Below are positions 22,201 through 55,700 of a stretch of DNA of 64,000 nucleotides, piece after piece. Position numbers and translations under genes: made by a program. Below the pieces are notes generated by a model. It worked only from the letters and a program-made list of their open reading frames with translations. It searched no databases and had not been told where the DNA came from. Within the stretch, counting starts at the first letter, position 1; every line of letters begins with the position of its first letter. Origin of the DNA: Balanoglossus misakiensis (taxonomy: Eukaryota; Animalia; Hemichordata); NCBI GenBank assembly GCA_040954595.2, contig CM082589.2, forward strand, positions 1,665,910 to 1,729,909, in the 5' to 3' direction.

Positions 22201-25200
22201 GCGTTTGTTTTGGTCGACACGAAACTTCAATATGTCGCCAACGCCAGTGCCGGGACCCGGAGACAAGATAGGAGACTGCGTGATTTCATGGGCGGTGGAA
22301 ATATTGCTCGACTTGCGCGAATCGCTTGACGACGTGTGCAAGTTCGTTAACATTAAATAATCTTAAACTTAAAGATTAATCTTGCATGTAAAAATGTTGG
22401 CATTTTTCATAGCAGTGGTCAAATTTATTGGTATGGATTTTCAAAGCCACCGTTGGGAATTTTCAATATCACTTCCATTTTTTAAAAATTCAAGACAGGA
22501 ATGGTAGCGGATAAAATGAATGATTTTTTTCTGCTAACGTGACTATTTCTTGGCCATATTATGCAAATAGCTTTTAATTGGCGCCGTTTTGTGCCTGAAA
22601 AATACGTACAAATAATGACCCCTTTCAGGAGTTCAATATCACCACTGATAAAAAAAAGTGCTCAAGCCGTCTTTTATGAATGGGTGAGCATTTTATTCAA
22701 TGGTGCTTGGACGGGTAATTAGGAAAGTGAAGGGGCGAACCACACAATACGAGCAGAATCTGTCCATTTGATGCAACGGGAGTACCCGGGGCAAAGTGTC
22801 TTTCAAAATGAGACGAGCTGATTCACGTCATGCCACTCTCCTGTGCTTAGTTTAAGATGGCATCACACGGTCAATTCGTCGTCATGTCTACATCGCGCGC
22901 CAAGATGGAGGCGCGAAGAGCCGAGCGCCCGTTGGCGGGAAGTACCATTCAGAAAATGGCGGGGAGCAGACATAGAGTCGTCTGCGCAATGGGATATTAG
23001 CTTCTGGGGCGACGAACGGAGAAATGTTGACAGAGATCCCAGACTACAAGACGAAAAAATCAACAGGAATCCCATTCTGTTTAAAACAGTGGGGAGTTGG
23101 GGTGGGGGTACCTGGACTATCGACCAACCGGTGTTCTAGACAGACTATATGATAGAAAACAACGCCATCAAGTAATTATGGTGTGATCGACCAGACAAAA
23201 GAGCTTACCGTCAGCGGAACGGATGACCGCCATCGGTCCACTGAGACAAAGTTTAAAAACATAACGGGAGAAATTCGATAAACTGGGTAGAAACTTGGAC
23301 AAACATCAAACACGTCAACTTATGCAATATTATGTCAAAAATAAAGTCCGCAAGAGCAAGACCAGAATAAATCGGGTTGGTAACGGACGCAGTCACTGGG
23401 GGCAGGCTTGATCAAACAAATTTTGTCCGAATCTTGAAATTAATAATGACGAATAAAAAATTTACTTTTCTCTTCGAATTACATTTTAAAATACAAATAT
23501 GTCTTCAATGAATATTTTCATGCAAGTCGAAACAGAGACTTAGATGTAATATAACATAACGTGTTTGTTAAAATGTGTGAAAATTTGTCATAAATTTTGA
23601 GCAGGCGACAAAATGTGTCGTATTAAAAAGCGCGGCAATCATCACGGTGTGATTACGTTGCAGGTGACCCGTGAAATGGAGACAGATTGGAAACCCATGT
23701 TAGCTTCACGTCCCGGCCTCATCCGGGCTGCGATAAATTATTTACCGCTTGCAAACTCATTAATGCACGGTGACAGCTTATGCGCAATAAAACGACACCA
23801 CGCACTCCAAAAAGTAATCCTAAACCTCGCTAGAGAAAGACTCCTTTAGTTGTATACTAAAACTCGAACAAGTATCGAGTCATTGCCCCGAGAGCTTTTC
23901 CTTGAACACAGCAACAAAATCACAAAACGTAGACGCCCGAGTCTACGTCTACATGTTTTGCCGCGCTTTTTTGTCCCGCGCTCCGTGTTTCACTTAGCAG
24001 TACCTAAATTAGCTTCGCCAAGTCGTCCGCTAATTTCCCGCCCAACCACGGAGATTTCAAGGCCGGGCTTTCGTGTCTATTTTCACATATTTCAGTCCTC
24101 GTCGGGCGGACGTCGAACGACGCCATAGACCAACAGACATAGGCCTAACCGTGAGCTCGATCAAATTACACCATTTAACAGAAAGGGGTAAAATCGATGC
24201 CGTTTTGTGTCGTTCGGTTTCGACACATAACCCTTTCGAAGGTTAGGTAAATATTTCTCTGGAGACAACAGAATCCCAGGTAATTGTTTTATTTAGTATG
24301 AACCATTTCATTCATCCCCGCTGCCGCTCTCAAATATCATATATCCGGTCTAAACCATACATAAAAATACTCACAGAGACTGTGAGCTTAATGAGACATA
24401 ATTATTACACTAAAATTCAAAATGCAGATTACTAAAAATGAACAATCAATATTACTTGAAATTATGCGAAGTATCCCGTAAACGCGTCCGATTAAAATCA
24501 GACAAGTTAACGATATGCAAGTTTCTCTCGGGGACTAAATTAAATGATTTAATAATGAACCCTACTTACTCCATTACGGACTGAAACGCACTTCTAGTGA
24601 CAAAATATTGAAGATAGACTATCTTTTCCCGTTAAAATGTTTAAAAATTCATTTACATATGGAATAAGTAACTATCCTCTAGATGGGACACTTCTCCAGT
24701 GATTTTGGAATCAAATTGCAGTCACCATGGCTAACCTCTGTCTTATGCTAATTTATCATGAATATTCAAAAGCCACAGACGTTTGAGATATTTTGGGGCG
24801 TGGCCTGCGGCCGAATATGTAGTTTCTGTCACGATCCAACTCACTGCGTTTTCCTTCAAACATTGCGCAGGATTCTAAGTTCGTTACTTTTTTCACTATT
24901 TATTTTCTTAATTTTGATCAGGACCTGTAGGCATTGGAAAACAATGTCCACTTCATCCAAAATTAAGGACATTATCCGAGAAAAATTGAAAAATGTTGCA
25001 CAGTATTTTGGCGGGAAAAAGTGTGGCATTCAAAGGGTTAATGTGTTGAATTTTGACCTGTGTGCAAATATGGTGTGCTACCGGGGTGTCTGAACGTACA
25101 CTGGGAATATAATAAAACAGCCACAGCATGCGATGAAACCTCTGAAAGGGCCCAGGCGGTAGTTTTCTTCGATGTTGATAGAAAGAACGACCATTTAGAA

Positions 25201-28200
25201 AATAATTAGCATGAGGAGATCGCTGACAGAGTGGAAGGCCGAAAGAAATTATACATCCCCTCACAAACTGTTCTGACACACAGACAGGAGAGTCCCCCTT
25301 AAGTTAATTATCCCCAGTCTATCAGCGGTAATTTGGCAGACATAATTGTTTGAACGAATCGATTACCAAGCATGATTTAAAATTAAGTGAACTGCTTTTT
25401 AAATATCTGCAATCCCTGCATGCACTGAAGTTCAACAATTTGGCGCGTTCGGTTGCCACGATGGAATCATGTCACTGTCGGGTATACACGAAGTCCCTCC
25501 GACTTCAGATAATTGCGAAACTTTTGGGTCAATCAGAGCTTTAAAAAACGAGCCACCGATCTCTAAAATTCTGACAAGGATGATGGTATGACAACCGCCT
25601 GAAACTGATGCACCGAAGATCTGCAAATTTATTAGAATCTTAAACGTTATGCGGGGGGGGGGGGGGTCAAATGCACTTTAAAATCCCTTTACATTTGAAA
25701 TTTTCGTTCACAAAATAAGAATATGAACACCGGTTTTAGTAGGACAGCAAACATTTATAGATTCTATGTGAATAGGATTCCAAAGCGATAGCTACCGTTT
25801 CTTTAGGGTACGAATGCTACACAATCGGAAGAGAACCATACGGCCATGGCTATTATTTTAACATCAAACTATCGAGAGCAAGATAAATTATGACTGCGAG
25901 ATCTCTTTCCGTCATTGTCAAGTTGTTATGATGACAGTGCGTGCTCGAGTCCCACGAAGCTAATTCGGTTCACGTGACACGATTATCAAATGCAACACGC
26001 CGACGGAGACATCAATGGAAGTTCAAAAGTGCAGATACATCAGATGGGTGCGCTGAAGGATATACGCGCGCACTATGAGACCGGCGAGTTCGTCGCTTCC
26101 CATAGGACTACGTTGAAAATTGCTAACAAACCTACTCCTGCTTTTGGCATTTTCAAACAAATTTTGCACACGGCACGGTCAAAAGAAATCCAGTGTTGTT
26201 TGGTGCGCAGGTGAACGATAAAAAAGTCACGTGATCGACAGAATTCCAAGATGGCGGATTTCAGCCATGTTCAATCGCTTTACTTTCTCCTTACTTACTT
26301 AAATACTGAATACTCTTCTAGCAGTTGTTGAGCTACATGCCCTCCCCATATATTGACAAAGTATGGGATGTCATAAATTCCAGGACGTACCTCAAATTAC
26401 TTCATCAATGAACATACCGGTAGATGTCTTTGCCAAATGCGCGTAATATTCACTCTGAAACGATAAAGCACAAACATGAGAATTTGACGGCAAATTCAAA
26501 TTCAAGGAAACACTGCTGGGTCCCGCTTACTTCGAGAAGGGTTATCGCCTGTTGGCGCTTCCGCCACGAAGCCAATTTGGATGAAAGCTTCGAGCTATGT
26601 AATCTACTCGCTACATTTTCTGTGTCTACTTCAGAATTTATGTACGCAGCAGACACACAAGACATTTTTCTTAAACGGCAGAGTCCGTTCATCACCTGTA
26701 ACCTTTAGTTCATTAGCACGTTGACTCTTCGCTGGCGCCCGACATTGTGTAATGAAGAAGGCAAAAGTGTGACCTTTCCTTCGTGACCTTTGACCGCACA
26801 CGTCATCCTTTGCACCTGCGCATTTCCTGCCTTCATTCGGTTAACCGTGGCTGTTAGAATACATTCACTTTTTACTTAAAATCGAAACAACCTTTATTGT
26901 CAGCATCGATGGGCCGATTAAATCGATATCATATAATGTAAATATGTCAATTTATCGATAAAGATATGCGATATATCAACACACTGTATCGGAAAAACAT
27001 TTTGAAACGGGAACGGAGCTGTCACGTGACTAACATCTCTCATTCATAGAATCGACTTAACCTTTGTATATATTTCTTAGAAAAAATCAAAGCACCGAAA
27101 TAATTTCATCGTAGTACTTTGCTATATCCATAGAATGCAGTTTTCTTGACGAAAACGAAGAATTTTAGTGGTGGGAAAATCACTGTGTTGGTGTAAGGCC
27201 ACGCGTCTTTTCATAGAATCAACTGGTGCTCTCTGGTCATGGCAGAAACTAATTAGGACGGAAAATATCACGGATCTTGTTACTTGATTTAGATCTCACT
27301 TGTGAACAAAAAGAAATCACAACTCGTGGTTATGTCCATCGTTAGTATTAAACCCCAGTGTCTGAATATACGCGTGTGCAGCTTCAGAACGGGGCGAAAC
27401 AAAATTTTGCATTCATATTATCCGAAGTTGCAGATGATAAAGTCGTTTCGTCTATTAGAGATTATTTTGACATGTGTTTTCCCACTCGAGATAAATCACT
27501 TCAATGCCACGAAGACTAGAATTTCTCAGCTGACGCAGGCCGGCAGGAAAAGTGACGTCTCCATGCAAAACAGGGGCGACAAAACACCCAGTTCATCCAA
27601 TTAATTTCGATCATTGACGCGAGAATTCGGTGGCCTTCGATGCTTAATCACGCGCCGTGTCCACGCGTGCCTGTCCGTCCTTCGCGGAACTGACTTCTGG
27701 CAATCAATTTCAGGCCAGTGGCTGAAATGAACGAGTGAAACCGACAATGAAATCACATTTCAGCACGGGATCGCTAAAAAGCGCGTCTGGCTGAAGAAAC
27801 TGGCGTTGCCAATCTTTTATGAATATATAAAATGAGGGAAAGGGGAATAAAAACGCGATAGAAAAGCTTTTGTGGCCGGCGGATGACAGCGAAACCGGAC
27901 AGAAACCTCCGACACAAATTAAACGTTAATTGGACGCACAACGAAAGAAAAGAAACGTGAAGGGGCAAATACATAAAAGAGTAGGCTATCTAATATGAGG
28001 TGTGATATTGTCAGTTTCACGTCGGTTCAATCGGCCTTGCCATATTATTTTTTACTTTCTCACAGATTACGTAACTTTTCGGGCTGTGGCCGATAAGAGA
28101 ACGAAAAACCCCTCAGGTGTTTGGCAGGTAATTTTCTTTCGGAAATGTGTCGGATTACCAGGGGCCTTTTCATCCTCCGCTTCGTCTGTCGTATCCAGGC

Positions 28201-28629
28201 GGTCATTTTCTAGATTGGCCACGCGTACTGTGAAAATGTAATCATGTTAAATGCTCAAAGGAGAAGTGTCGCGACCATATTTACCATTAGCGGCGTGTTA
28301 GTCAGGTTTCATGTCGATTCTTTTCACTTTTGCGGCTTTTTATTTCGCTGGGGACTTCGATGTGAATTTCAGCGACCGGGCAGAAATATTTCGCTGGATT
28401 ACCCTTGACATCAAATTACTTGCGAAGCCACAAAATTTCACTAGTGTCTCTCTTAAAAAGTGCAAATAACAAAAATTACCAAACTTTCCAAAGCATTGAG
28501 CAATGCTGTTCTTGTGTAGCTTTGAGTTCGTTGACATGGTTACATAATCGGTTGGAGAAATGATGGCTGAGATAGATAAAGGTGATGTGGTGGCCATGAT
28601 GATGGTGATAATCTTCCTCCTCATCTACG

Positions 28630-28630
<1 letters not shown>

Positions 28631-28720
<90 letters not shown>
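28631..28720. repeat. (CAT)30 microsatellite
   Basis: Read directly from the sequence. Confidence 0.97.
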
Positions 28721-28721
<1 letters not shown>

Positions 28722-29059
28722 GATTGTCGTCAAAGACAAAAGCAGAAGTTGGTTTTAATTTGGAGATGAGCAGTGCCGGTCATTATTAATCTTGTTAATC
28801 AGATCTGATTTGAAACAGACTTAAACATTATTCAACGACTTAAGCATATAAACAGATTTCTTTCAACTTGGCATTACGACTAGTACTAATAGGTTAAACT
28901 GTCATTTTTCCAGTAGCCTAGCCAATAAGTGCTAGTAATTAGTGGAAACGAATTCGAGGTGGGTCATGCAACTTAAAAATGACGGGGTTATTGTCAACTG
29001 GCCCTCGCCCTAGTATTGACCATACTTAACTTGTTCATACGGCTTACATTATAAGTTTT

Positions 29060-29060
<1 letters not shown>

Positions 29061-29094
<34 letters not shown>
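29061..29094. repeat. (CTGT)n microsatellite
   Basis: Read directly; about 8 units. Confidence 0.9.
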
Positions 29095-29098
<4 letters not shown>

Positions 29099-29508
29099 CT
29101 CTGTCTGTATCGCATGTCTGTCTCTCTGCCCCCTCTCTCACCCTACTTTGGTGGAAATCATACAATGCAATACACACATGTAACATTTTAGTTGTAAACA
29201 TATCGACGTAGGTAAAGTGGGTTACAAGGTCGCTTATGGAAATCACAATTGTCTATGTTGTTGTCGTCGTTCGCTATGGTAACCTTGTTGAAAAAAATAC
29301 TCTTTTGGATCGTGACGGTAATATCAACGGAGCGTGTTTACGCCTGATAAGATCTTGTAGTAGTTTCAAGTATGGCGGAGACAAGGCGACAAAACGCTCG
29401 CCTCCAGGGACACCTTTACTTCTCTTTGTTGTCTGAGAATCATTGTTAAGAGAGGATGGAAGTGACCGCGCGCAGCTAGCGTTGCATGTAGATTGGCTCT
29501 TGGCTCTT

Positions 29509-29532
29509 GGATGGATGGATGGATGGATGGAT
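29509..29532. repeat. (GGAT)6 microsatellite
   Basis: Read directly from the sequence. Confidence 0.85.
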
Positions 29533-31513
29533 AGATACAAAAAGGGTCAAATTACGGGTGGAAATTACAGAGAAAAGGTGAAAATTTAAGCCCCGTGTCC
29601 GCGCAATTTTAGATTTCAATGAAAAAAAAAATCATGTCCAATTTCGTTTTGCTCGTTTCATAACTCTCACTGTGTATTTGCAAGAACGTGACCAAGGGGG
29701 AACAGTTTTTCTCCCCAGTTGGAGGCCTCTAGCACTTGTCACAGACCTCGGCACCTCCTTTCACCTCTTTTCATATGGTTCTTTAAAAATCGTTTCTCCG
29801 AAGCCTTCCTTGTCCACAGTATACTGATATAATTCGACGCGCCGGAAAAGTGGTTCGATTTGATGACAGCCCCGTCATTGTGTCCAGACCAAACGCAATA
29901 AATAGCTTCGTCTGGCTTTGACATTTAAAAATCGGCCAATTTTGACCTGGATTACGATATTACTGAACGTGAACTCTCTCTCTCTCTCGAAAAAGCTGTG
30001 TTTGTTTTTCAGTGAACTATCGAATGGTTGAAGTGTCTATAACATGAATTCCATGCTGAAAACACTAAATCTCATCTGGGCAGAACCTGCGCGGCATATT
30101 TGATTTATTTTTACTCCAAAATCAAATACGACATCGGGACGCTAATTCTGAAAACCACGCTGACTAGAAAGAGCACGCGAAAATGATCTACCAAATCCGG
30201 CGAAAAGAAATTTTCACAGTATTAATAGCGAGTGACATTAAAGCGTCTAGTGGCCCCTCCGTGATGCAGGAGGCTCGGCTCTCCCTCTCCCATAAATGGT
30301 ATGTCTCTTGGATTATACTGGGATGAGCAGGTAAAGCCTATATTGTAAGGAGTGACTCTCCATCCAGCACCGTACAATATACTTCATTAGCGCTATATAT
30401 AAAGAAACCAGGCAGATATATATGATGTCTGCGCGTAATTCAAAATCCCACCTTCACAGGCCGATTACTTCTTCCCGGGGATAATTTCGTGGGTCTTTCT
30501 TTCGAAATAAACCATGTTTTATCTCGACAGTCGGCCAGAGTGTGTGTGTATCGGGTTGTGGTCGCTTGTCGGTTTTATTTTTGATGACGTCCCATGCACG
30601 TCGCTCGCGCTCGTCGGTTCTCATTTTGCTCATTCTAATAATGGAAATTTATGATGCCGGCCCGCACGTGAACACTGGATCTTTTTTTTTTATTTTTTCG
30701 CCCCTTTAAAATTTTCATGGCATGAAAATGGGCCAGGGGACCCCTGTTGTGATTTTAACAGCTGTCGTGGTGTAAAGACAGTACACGTAAGAGCGGAGAA
30801 GCGCGGTACAATGTTTCCATGCGTATGACCGGGGTACATTTGGCAGAGATCCTCGCTCTCGTTGTCTCTCCTGTTACCCTGGAGACGCGTTTCGATGCAT
30901 GGAAATCATCCAATGGCGATGTAACCTGACCTATCCAGCATATTATTTTCAGTAGAAAAAATATTCTGTTTCGCGTGAAATAATACGAAATGTACAGCCA
31001 CACCAATGTGGTTGTTTGACGTGAGAGTCTACTATAGCTATGGCTGTCCCGGGATGGTATATTTTCTTGAGGGGTTGTTGGGGTTTGATGGTGGAAAGCG
31101 GTCTTTTGTCTTTCGTTAAGCGTTTTCGATACTATCCGAGGCGGACGGATCTCAGTAATATTCCAATATGGGACATCTGTGATTGACAGGCCGTCCGAGA
31201 TTGTTGGCTTTTGTGTCCGCGGACCAATCAACGCCCCGCATGAGCCAGATGACACATCGTTCACAATAGGCCGGTCTGATTACAATGCGTAGCTCGGTTG
31301 CTCCGTACGCTGTACATATTCATTGTGTCGAGTGGTTGCGAGCAATCAGGCCGTATACAGACTAGTACACAGTGTTCGTTCTGCTACCGGGACCCATTTA
31401 CGCACGCACAGCGTCACGGTGTAGGAAATTTCAGCGGTCGCCTAGGCCACGCAAACCGCCGCTCAATATTCACTCAGTCGTGCCGGGACATCGCGAATCT
31501 GCCACGAAAAAAA

Positions 31514-51238
<19,725 letters not shown>

Positions 51239-52588
51239 GTAAGTGCCCTTTAACTCTGTGGGGATTTTTGGTCGGGTTTCCGCGCGCGCTGCGCTGGGAC
51301 GCAAAACATGGGGTCGTCTTGGTTACCTGCTTTCTGCGTGTAAAACTCTTATGATTGGCTGATACTTCACAAGTCTACGAAAGCGCTTTTGCACGCCAAT
51401 GAAGGGATGCAACATCAATTTTCATGGTTCTTCGATTAAAAAAAAAGAAAACGCACCCGTTCGGGTTCTGCTAAGAGCCTACAGATGACTCCAAATCTAT
51501 GTATACCGCCGGAGGGAGCTCGTATGCATTGTAATGCCTATAGCGTACATTTGCGGGAAATCAAAGCTTTAGAGACAAAAATCGGGTCTACCCGTTTCGT
51601 AAAAATCACGAATACGAGAGGTCACGTTTCACAGACCGCGTTTACTCCCAGGACTTGGAAGACATCGCGGCGGGAAGACGGTTAAAACAGAAAGACACGG
51701 CCATTAAAATTGGCACCGATATTGACTCGGAAAGAGACAACTTTCAGGACCCTGTAACACAATCTGTGACAGAAAGTGTCTTCTTCATTTGTTAAGAGAC
51801 CTACGTGATGTCACGCGAAGGTCCAGCGAATGTTGACAAGCAGTCGCCTCACTACTAATTTAATCAAACTCCATCTCACAGAGCGAGGCGCGCGGGCCAC
51901 GACGGTTCCCATCAAAGAGCCTGCAAATGAAGTCCTTAAAATCGTTAAAGGTTCGCAACAGTGCGGATCTGGCTCGTATATTTTGTGAACATCGGGTCCT
52001 AATACGGCCTTTACCCCAGAATTTGAAACGTGAGAGGGTTCTACGAAGACAACGAACCTCGGTGATTGGGAACGATTTGTTGCTAATCGTCGAGTGCGGC
52101 TTAAATTATCATCCGTTCGGTAAACTAATGAGCGTATACGACAGTGAACGGGGCCTGTGCGTATTCATCTGGTAATCAACCTAATTAGCGTATTGTGTAT
52201 GTCAGTGAAAATTGCAAGCGTCGACCGCCATATTTACGCTAATCCGACTTTGTCTTTTTTTTCAATTTCTTTAATAACAACGACGGGGAGTTTTCGGTTT
52301 AAAGGTAAATGCGTATGGGTCTACCCGTGTCTAATTAATATCGAGTAATGCGCCGCTTCGTTTTGTTCGGCTGCATGCGTTTGCTTCCGAACACCATGGT
52401 TGGATTATAGACAGATTCAGACGTTTCCAGCTTGAAAAGCTACTTTTTGAGGGTTTTGTCATTTTTATAATACCTTCATTTTTGGAAAAGAAGGTATGAC
52501 AAGAGATCTTTTTTTCATTTTGAATAAATATAAGCAATCAGAAAAGCGATCACGTGACCAATACTACCATCATCACCACACTATTCAT

Positions 52589-52590
<2 letters not shown>

Positions 52591-52661
<71 letters not shown>

Positions 52662-52708
52662 CCATCACCATCACCACCACCACCACCACCACCACCGCCG
52701 CCGCCGCC
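52591..52708. repeat. Compound (CAT)23(CAC)n(CGC)n microsatellite
   Basis: Read directly from the sequence. Confidence 0.96.
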
Positions 52709-55700
52709 GAAAGCTGCGAGTGGTTCTCGATCGGACACGAATCGAACGTCGGAACCCGCGTTCTGCCATTGTGAAAAGATTTTCTTCCTCTTGTGAATAT
52801 TAATACCGGATTAAAAAAGGCGACAGTGTGATTAAAAGATCTGATTTTAAAGTGTACAGTAATCCTCCGATCATAACGGCCAGTGAAAAATACAGCAGAC
52901 CCAGACGGAAATTTTATCCAGTTCGCTCACAGGTCGCCCGTTGCCTGTTTAGTAGGCCTACTCCACCCTGCTGTCACCTGTGAACGTTTTTAACCTTGGT
53001 TGTCTGGTGTCTCAATTTAAAACAAGTTTGCAAAAGACCTCTTTTCTTTATACCGAGCCCACTTGACGTCTTCCCCGACTTACTGTATTCACGCATTGAA
53101 AAAAGGAGGAAATTACATTTTTGCGACTCTCCGGCCGACGATTGCTCGTGAGAAAATCTCCCCGGCTAATCATTTCCCGACAATTACATGCATACTTTGC
53201 GGCTAATTAGTTCTTTAAGGGCTTCAATCTAATCACGCCAAGCTATGCACGGTTAAACCATCTTAAACTGCAGGATACACAAGCCGGTATTGCGTCTGGA
53301 CCCCCCCCCCCCCACACACACACCGCTAACCCTTGAACAGTTGAACGACAACCTCGTTCCTCGTGACGCACTACTTGCTGGCCAATTACATCGGATATGC
53401 AAAACACCTGCGGGTCAGAGTTCATCAAAACTGACGATTTGTGGAAACGCAACGTACACCTGCAAAAGAGATGTCGAAAAATTCGTCCTCTCTCGGCCCT
53501 CATGGCTCAAAACGAACATTTTTATAATAAAACGACAGCCCTATAAGAATACGCAGCCTCCCCATCATAAAACATACCAATAAGCTTAATGCTTCAACAG
53601 ATGATACGAAAGGACAGTTTTACCTTGCATGAGATGTATTCATAAACATCGTCCCAAACAGAATAGTCAAGCAAAGCCGATTATCAGCGATAAACTTTAC
53701 TGTCCCTTTCACAGATGTCGGTCATAAGTTTGGAAATCTGTGTATCCTGCCTCATGTAACATGTGGGTAGACTTTAAAGAGACGGGTGGACCGGCAGACA
53801 GACAGACAGACAGACAAACAGAGTCAGAAAGAGATTTTTGAAAGGAAAATGCAGTGAGGAAAAGGTAAAGAGTTGCCATGGTAGCTCTCTGTCATTGGCA
53901 TATTATGTTACGGAAGAAACCCTACATGAAATCATAAAAAATATTCTCATGACTCGCAGTTTAAAAACTAATTTCTGGAATAGCCAGGCGTTTTCTCCAA
54001 TTTTCCAAATGGGTGTAACTCAAAACCCAAGAGATGTGGGACGCGACGTACTTTTAACCGGGACTTCACAATTATGTCACACTGACACCAATTTAAATAA
54101 TATATTATCTTGCTAAAATTGATAACGAATGTAACTTAGAGAATTTTTATCTTTTCATTCAGATGTATATGTCATCGCGTTAGTTCACTTAAAATGCACG
54201 TTTAAAATTACTGTGAATAGATAATTTTTGCGCGTGGAATTAGCACAGTCTCTTCTGTGATTTCGCTCTGGGGCACGAAAAAGATAGGCAAATATTGTTA
54301 TTTTGATTTCCCATAACGCCTGTGTTTTCCGGCATTTCTACGGATGCTATTCGGGACGATGTTAGTCCGGTCTCACACGGCTAGCCACCAATGTAAATAC
54401 ACCTATTCAACGGTGATTATTGCAGAGTCGTGTGGACGTGATTGGAATACTAACCCACAATGCTTTTCGAGTGCGCATTTAAATTTGTGCTACTTTTTGT
54501 CGTTCAAGGTTTGGGGTTGTCGTGTCCGCTACAGTGGTTAGCCCTGTGCATTTATGGCGAACTCTGTTAAACGGGTCGCACGCAGATTATCATAATCGTT
54601 TTTTTTTCCGCATTTGTCATGTCGCTTTGTTGGGACTGTTTGCAGTTTATTCGCCCGAAAGGAACGCGGCAGTGTTCGATCCTGATGTATCATTTTGACT
54701 ATAGAAAGGATTTGGATTAAACTGGGCGTCTGTTTCTACGGAGGATTGTGTTTATTCCGCCATTATCATCAAATCTATGCAAAAATTATTCAGTCGCGAT
54801 TTGAGCCACTATGCCTTGACGATGACCATGACGTCACCGGAAGGGATGTTTCGTAACAATTCTCCGATTGCTTATTCTTTAGTGACGTATGCAGGCTGAT
54901 TTTTTGTGGCATGCCCCGATTGTGAAATATATTTCGACCAGACGACATGGCATTGTCTTCTGGAGGGATAAAACGGTCGGAATCAGATTCAGATTCAGAT
55001 TCAGGTGACTGTGAATGCCTGGATCCGGAATCAAGCATCACAAACATTCAAGTTCCCCCATCAATCGTGTCCTCAAGAGCGCGACGTGCGCAATGGGACT
55101 TTCATCAAATACAAATGGAAATTTAAGCGCAACAAATCGTTCTTCATCGGCGCAGCCGACCATGTCGATTAGAAATGCCCACTTTTCATCGTTTGTATAA
55201 ATTAAATAACGAGGAAATGAAAAATGTTCTCAATCGTTTTTTATCGGGAGTTCATATCCAATGTCCGAGCCGTATACAAATGCAATCCTTCTCTTGTGGA
55301 GTACAATGCGCTCTTAGATGAAAGATTAGTAATTCTATTCACATCTGGGGTTATCACCGTTTCATATTAATCGCTCACACCAAGCGACGTCATTGTTAGC
55401 GTTGGATGAAAACCCTGTAACTGCCTTCAGCTTTGTCCCGTTGCAGGTCCGCGCGTGCGCATTGCTCTACTCAAAATATTTTAAAGGGAGGGGTGGACGA
55501 CAGGGCCCGAAAGTGTTCTTGTTTCAGACGACATTTTTTTGGCGGGAAAATTTGTTAAAATTTGCCGACAGGTGCAGCGTTAATCGGTTTCTATCAAGGT
55601 AAATGTATGCACTACCAATGCCATTAAATTCGATACCTGTTTACAAAAAGAGCTCGCGGTTGTTTTTCAAGATGAATTTGGGACGCTCTGACTCCCCAGA

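Noticed and set aside
28476-28769. Poly-Asp and poly-Ile ORFs (also at 45103-45414 and 52496-52796)
   Set aside because: These are translations of (CAT)n/(GAT)n microsatellites, with no splice context or domain.
30755-31264. 169-aa minus-strand ORF near the NOL4 promoter (also 32045-32548, 33381-33821, 49413-49844)
   Set aside because: Atypical composition, no domain motifs and no consistent splice structure; likely chance ORFs.
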